A DNA stretch of 64,000 nucleotides from the human T2T-CHM13v2.0 reference genome, Homo sapiens, in assembly GCF_009914755.1 (NCBI RefSeq), contig NC_060926.1; one strand, given 5' to 3'. Under the pieces are notes generated by a model that worked only from the letters and a program-made list of their open reading frames with translations, searched no databases and was not told where the DNA came from. Shown in pieces: positions 56,596-64,000 of this stretch. How positions within the stretch are numbered: the stretch's first letter is position 1; each line of letters opens with the position of its first letter. Made by a program: the position numbers and the translations under genes.

Positions 56596-57237
56596 TATCT
56601 AGGAAATCTCTGATGAACTTAAGGCAGAAAAGATTTTCTCCTATGTTTTCTTATGTAGAGTTTTTTTTTAAGTTTTAGAATTTTCATTAAGGCTTATAAT
56701 CTATTTCAATCTCATTTTCTTAATATGGTGTGAGATAGGTGTTGAATTTCATTATGTAGCATCTAGATTCCAGTTATTTCAATCCTATGTGTTAAAAAAA
56801 AAAGCTATTCATTTTCCAATAAATTACTTTGGCACCTTTATAAAGAACCAGTTAACCATACATGTGTGGATCTACTTCTGGCTTCAATTCTATTCCATTA
56901 CTCAATACATTTATCCTTAAATCAATACTTCTCTGTTTCATTTAGGTTAACTTTACAGCAAGTTTTGAAATCAGATAGTGTGAGACCTCTAAATTTTGTA
57001 TATTTAAAATTATTTGGGATAATCTAGGTCCTTTAATTTTCATATTAATTTTGGAATCATCTTGTCAATTTCTACCAAGAAAATGCCCAATTGAAGTTTG
57101 ATGGATTAGGAGATAATTGGCATTATATCAGTATTGAATCTTCTGATCCATAAAAACAGTATTTCTCTCCAGTGATTTATGTCTTTATTTTGCTGCATAA
57201 TGTTTTGTGATTTTTAGTATAATAGCCTTGCATTTAT

Positions 57238-57264
57238 CTCTCTTTCTGTCTCTATATATGTATG

Positions 57265-57300
<36 letters not shown>

Positions 57301-57325
57301 TATATGTATATGAATATATATATAA
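57238..57325. repeat. Compound (TC)(TA)n(CA)n microsatellite
   Basis: tctatatatgtatgtatatatatat...cacacacacatatatg. Confidence 0.9.
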
Positions 57326-58517
57326 TTTTACCCTTAATTATGTGATGGGTTTTTATGTTATTATGAATGGCATTTTTCTTATTTCAATTTTCAGTTGTTA
57401 GTTGCTATTATATGGAAATATAGCTAATTTTTATAGATTGACTTTGTATCCTTTTCTATATCCATTAATATAATACTATCTCTATTTCCATTAACATAAT
57501 GTTATTCCTATTTTTTAGTTTTTTAATATAGTAAACTATGTCATCTGCTGTTTAAAGGTTCAACCAACCTTACATTCTTGGGATAAACCTAGATTGATAA
57601 TTATGCACTACTCTTTTTTATATCACAAGATTTGACTAATATTTTATTAAGCATTTTTTTCTATATTTATGAGAGATACTGTTCTGTGGTCTTCTTATCC
57701 TATAATGTCTTTGTATAATTTTTGTATAAGGATATAAGATAATATTAACTTGATAAAATGAATTGGGAAGTTTATTTGCTCTTGTTTTTCTGGAAGAGTT
57801 TGCATAAATTTTGTGTTAGTTCTTCCTTAAATGTTTAGTAGAACTTACCTGTCAAGTCGTGTGGGCCCAGAACTTTGTTGAAAGGTTTTTTAAGTTCTAT
57901 GTCTTTTATAGACATAGAAATATTAAGGTTATCTATTTCTTCTTGAGCGATATTATTTTTTCTTTTTTATCTAACATTGAATTTATGACCATAAACTTGT
58001 TTATATTTCCTCTTTACCTTTTTAATGTCTGTAGGTTCTGTAGTAATGTAACCTCTTTTATTTCTGACATTGGCCATTTCTACCTTTTCTCTTTTTTACT
58101 TAGTCTGTTTAAAAGCTTACCAATTTTAATAATCTTTTCAGACAACCAGCTTGTAATTTTATTATTTTTTTCTATTGGTTTTCTTCCTTCTGTTTGTTTA
58201 GATTTAATTTACCCCTGTTTTTACAGTCTTAAATGGAGGTTAGATTATTAGTTTTCACCCTTTTAAAATATTTTCTAATATAAACATTTGATTCTACACA
58301 CTTGCAATTAAGCAGCTCTTTGGTTATATTACCCCAAATTTAATATGCCATATTTTCATTCCATTCAAAATATTTTTTAATTTTTCTGATTTTTTAATAC
58401 AATGTTTAATACTTTGTTTAATTGCCAAATATTTATTGATTTTCCATATCTTTCTGATATCAAATTCTAGTTTGATTTTATTTTGGTCTGAATATATATT
58501 TTGTATGATTTTAATTT

Positions 58518-58813
58518 TGTGTTGTTGTTGGTGTTAAGACAGAGTCTCGCTGTGTCGCCCAGGTTGGAGTGCAGTGGCCAGATCTGGGCTCACAGCAACT
58601 TCTGCCTCCCAGGTTCAAGCGATTCTCCTCCTCAGCCTCCCAAGTAGCTGAGACTACAGGTGCTAGCCCCCACGCCTGGCTAATTTTTGTATTTTTAGTA
58701 GAGATGGGGTTTCTCCATGTTGGCCAGATTGGTTTTGAATGCCTGACCTCATGATCTGCCCGCTTCAGCCTCCCAAAGTGCTGGGATTACAGGCATGAGC
58801 CACCGCACCCGGC
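58518..58813 (-). mobile_element. AluS (Sg-like) with (GTT)n-decayed tail
   Basis: cctgacctcatgatctgcccgc; dimeric structure. Confidence 0.93.
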
Positions 58814-59497
58814 AATTTCAATTTTTAATGTTTGCAGCATTATTAATGGCACAGAAAATACTCAATGTTAACTAAACAGTTCCACGTAAACTTAAAATAA
58901 TTTTTCCTATTGTTTGTTGGAAAATATTCTATGGAAAATATTCTAATATTTTACCAATGAGGTAAAAATGGTTGACAGTACTTTCTAAGTCTTCTAACTG
59001 ATTTTATGTCCACTTGTATTATTTATAGAGACAGGAATTTTGAGTTTTCCCACTATAATTGTGGATTTGTACCTTTATCCTTTCAATTCTATCAGTTTTT
59101 ATTTATATATTTTGAAACTCTAATATTAGAAGAATATACATATAGAATTGCTATTTTTCCTGGATTAAATTACCCCTTTATTACTATGTAATATCCCTTT
59201 ATGTCTCTTGTAAACTTTCCCGTTCTCAAGTCTACTTTATGTAATGCTAATATACCTACTTCAGCTTCTTTTGACAAGTGTCAAAGTGACCAAGTCCTTT
59301 AACTTTGAATGTATCTATAGCCTTATATTTAAAGTGAGATTCTTGTAGATAGAATATACTTGTCTTGCCCTTGTTAATTCAATTTGGCAATACCTAGCTC
59401 TTAACTGACAAATTTACATGATTTACATTTAATATAGTTACCAATATGATTGGCTTTAAATTTACCAATTTGTATTTACAAATGTGTGCTATATATT

Positions 59498-60685
<1,188 letters not shown>

Positions 60686-62934
60686 CTATATATTCTTCTT
60701 TTTCTCTTCTTTTTTCTGCTGTCCTTTTGTGTTAAATGAGCATTTTAATTATTCAATTCTATAGTCACTATTGGCCTATAAGATAGAGCTTTTTGAATTT
60801 TTTTACTGTTTTCTCTAGGATTTACAATATACATGTTTAACTTCTTACAGTCTAAATTTTAGGAATATATCACTTCAATATGTTGTAACAGCCACACATC
60901 ACTTCCTTCCACTAATTCTTTGTGCTATTATTTTGTTATGTTTTACTCCTAATTAAGTTACAGTCTCCCCACTGTACTGTTACTATTTTTCTTCAGTCTT
61001 TCAGAAGTATTTTTAAATGAATTTTTATATTCTCACATCTTTACTATTTAGAGTGTTTTATCAATATTTTGTATAGATCCAGATATTTATCATGTATCAT
61101 AGTCCTTCTGACTGTAAAACTTTATCATTTCTTATGGTATAAAACTTCACTGCCAATGAATTTTCTCATCTTTTGTTTGCTTAAAAAGTACTCTTTTATT
61201 TTCATTGTTAAAAGATAGTTTTGTGTGGTATAAAATTTTGAGCGAGTTAACCGTTTTTTTTCTTGTACTTTAAAGATATTGATTTATTGCTTTCTGCCTT
61301 ATTTAGTCTCTTATGAGAAGACTGCTCGCATTCTTATCTTTGGTCTTCTATATATAATCGTTTTTTTTTTCCTTTGGATGCTTTTAAGATTTTATCTTCA
61401 TATTTGGTTTTCAGAAGTTTAGCTTTCATATGCTCAAGCATTTTTTAATTACTTTTTCTGCTTTAAACCCTGGCTTTTTAAATCTGCTATTTGCTCTCTT
61501 TTATTCATTTTGGAATATTATTTGCCATTATCTTTTTTAATATATTCTGTGCCATAGTCTCTTTCTTCTCCTCATAAAACCTCAATTATATGTATGTTAG
61601 ATTATTTGATATTTTTCTATGGCTACTGAATATTCTATTCTCTTGTTATTATTGTTTCTTCATTTTTCTGTCTTTTTTAGTTTGGATAATTTGCATTGGT
61701 CTAACTTAAAGTTCAACAATTCCTTTCACTGCTATATCCAGACTGTTGATAAGTCATTCAGCAGAAAATTTATCAAATAAATTATTCTTCTCTGTTTAGC
61801 ATGTTTTAAAAAAATTTCTAGCATTCTCACTTGATTTCTTTTTAAATTTCTATATACCTGCTGAAATTTCTCATTTGTTCATACATGTGTTAACCTTTTT
61901 TACCGCACTCTTTAACATATTTAACATAGTTGTTTTGAAATACTTCCTCTAAAGTACCATGATCTTATCACATCTTGGTTTGATTCTGTTGACTCCTTTA
62001 TCTCTTGATAATGGGCAATTTGTCATAGTCGTTGATATTGTTTGTGTGTACTGTATAATAATACATTGAATGTAGGCATCATGGCTAAAGAAAAATTGAG
62101 AGTGAGGTAAATCTACAACAGGAAATGGGCACATTTCTTATGTCAGTTCGTTAATATGGAGGTGAGGTCACTCTAAGTAGTAGTTGAACTCAGTTGGATG
62201 TGGTTGTGACTCTAATTACCTTTGATTCACCATAGACTTCAAATTCCTCCAGTCATAGACTACTACTACCTTGTGCTTAGGTTGAGGCACCTAGGGTGCT
62301 GGAGGGTTTTAACAGTATTTCTGCTCCATCCCACCTTTTAGCAGACCTTTCATCCCCATGCCACAGAGTGGGTCTCCGTTCAGTATCTTTCCCCTTTCCC
62401 AGAGAATATACTGCCTGCATTAGCTTTTTTCTAGGTACAAGGCTTTTGCAGGTGCCAGGGGATTTTTAGTTTCTTGTTTTAGCATTCTCATCCTTCCTTC
62501 CTCTCTCATCATGACAGCCAAGATCTGCCTTGCTTTTTCATCAGTGCAAGATCATGTGCTTAAGTAACTTTTCTATTCCATTCTTAGTGATATACAGCAT
62601 TTCTCATCTACTCCTACTCCAAACTGGTATCAGGGGTGTATGGAGGTTGCCTGCTTCTCTCTTAGTGGCAACACCTCCTTTATTTTCACGTGAGGAAAGG
62701 ATTCAGAACAGGGCTAGACATTGCACCTTTCCCTCAACAGCAACCAATCATATCTACATTCCTGTATCACCAAAGAATTTGCCATGCTTCCAGTCCTACT
62801 CAGGAGCACCTGGTTAGGGCCCATGGACAAGCACTGGTGAGTGTTTGCAGATTCTCCTTTGTATGGGGTTTCCGTGGGTTCTCAACTACCACGCTGGCCT
62901 ATTGGGCCTTTAAGTATTTTTTAAATGTTCAATT

Positions 62935-63559
62935 TGCATTAGTCAGGATTACCAAAAAAAGAGGACCAATAGGATGTATATAAAATGATTTATTATAAGG
63001 AATTGGCTTATGTGATTATGGGCACTGAGAAGTCCAAACCCAAGGGAGACAATGGTATAGATCCAGTCTGAGTCTGAAAGCCTGAGAAGCAGGAGAGCCA
63101 GTCATATCAGTTCCAGTGCCAGTCTGCGTCTGAAGGCAAAAGAAGACTGCTGTCCCACTTTGGAGGCATTTAGACAGATAGAAATAATTCTTTCTTAGCA
63201 CTTTATTCTATTTAGGCCTTCACAGATTATTTTTTGTGGTTTGTTGTTGTTGTTGTTTTAGTAGAGACAAGGTTTCACCATGTTGCAGGCTGGTCTCAAA
63301 TGCCTGACCTCAAGTGATCCACCCGCCTTGGCCTCCCAAAGTGCTGTGATTACAGGTGTGAGCCACTGCACTGGCCAGGCCTTCAGAGATTGCATGAGAC
63401 CCACCTTCATTGAGAAGAGCAATATGTTTTACTCAGTCTACTGATTCAAATGCTAATCTCATCCAGAAACACTCTCACAGACAGACTCAGAATAATGTTT
63501 AACGAATATCTGGGCACTCGTTGGCCTTGTTAATTTGGCACATAAAATTAACCATCACA
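62935..63559 (-). mobile_element. MLT2 (C/D-like) ERVL solo LTR
   Basis: tgcattagtcagg...gatttattataaggaattggct...cataaaattaaccatcaca; near-TSD caatt/cagtt. Confidence 0.85.
63229..63376 (-). mobile_element. Solitary AluS left monomer nested in MLT2
   Basis: cctgacctcaagtgatccacccgcc; 15-bp TSD aggccttca(c/g)agatt at 63214-63228 and 63377-63391. Confidence 0.92.
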
Positions 63560-64000
63560 CAGTTGTTTTCTTTTTATCTGATTTTATAGCTGCCATCTTT
63601 TTCTACTTTGTTCTGCCAAAGGCAAATTTAATGTGGCCCACCTCTCCTGGAGGGTCTTGACATCCTCTGAAATTCATTGTTCTTAGTTGCTTTGCAACCT
63701 CAACTATCTGATGAGTACAAATAAGACATAATTTTATAGATTAATTATTTTTATCATTAGAGTAGGAGCTTTTTATATCCAAAGTAGAAGCAGCTTTCCC
63801 AAATAGTCTTAACATTCAGGGTAAAAAACTTTTGAATCAAGTCATGTTCATTGAGCATCTGTCAGTTTGTTTGATTTTTTTCAATAACTGAAAAAAAATG
63901 AGTTAACAATGCAATGTCTCTAATCTTAATGCATTACAAATCTAGTTCATGGGATAGGATGGGACATATACTAAATAATACTGACAGTTTAGTGAGAATA

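Overview
Primate (human-like) AT-rich, repeat-dense genomic DNA with no intact protein-coding gene that I can support. The one gene-derived feature is an intronless CDK7 processed pseudogene on the minus strand (~59498-60685), inserted into an old L1. From memory, a CDK7 pseudogene maps to human 2q24, but I cannot verify that here. The rest consists of about 13 Alus, old L1/L2/MIR fragments, LTRs (MER50, MER52, MLT2, MLT1, THE1, MST, LTR33-like) and DNA-transposon relics (Tigger3-type, MADE1, MER5, MER20). Repeat subfamily names come from recalled consensus motifs, and old-repeat boundaries are approximate. Nearly all ORFs in the track are spurious. I found no evidence of a new multi-gene biological system. 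The most notable oddities are: (1) the CDK7 retrocopy appears to copy an ATG-skipping splice isoform and lacks a poly(A) tail; (2) a 103-bp templated insertion inside an Alu; (3) a duplicated ~130-bp CTCF/AP-1-motif module; (4) an old ~300-bp duplication flanking an MLT1 LTR; (5) a microhomology-collapsed THE1 provirus that keeps a DUX4 motif.
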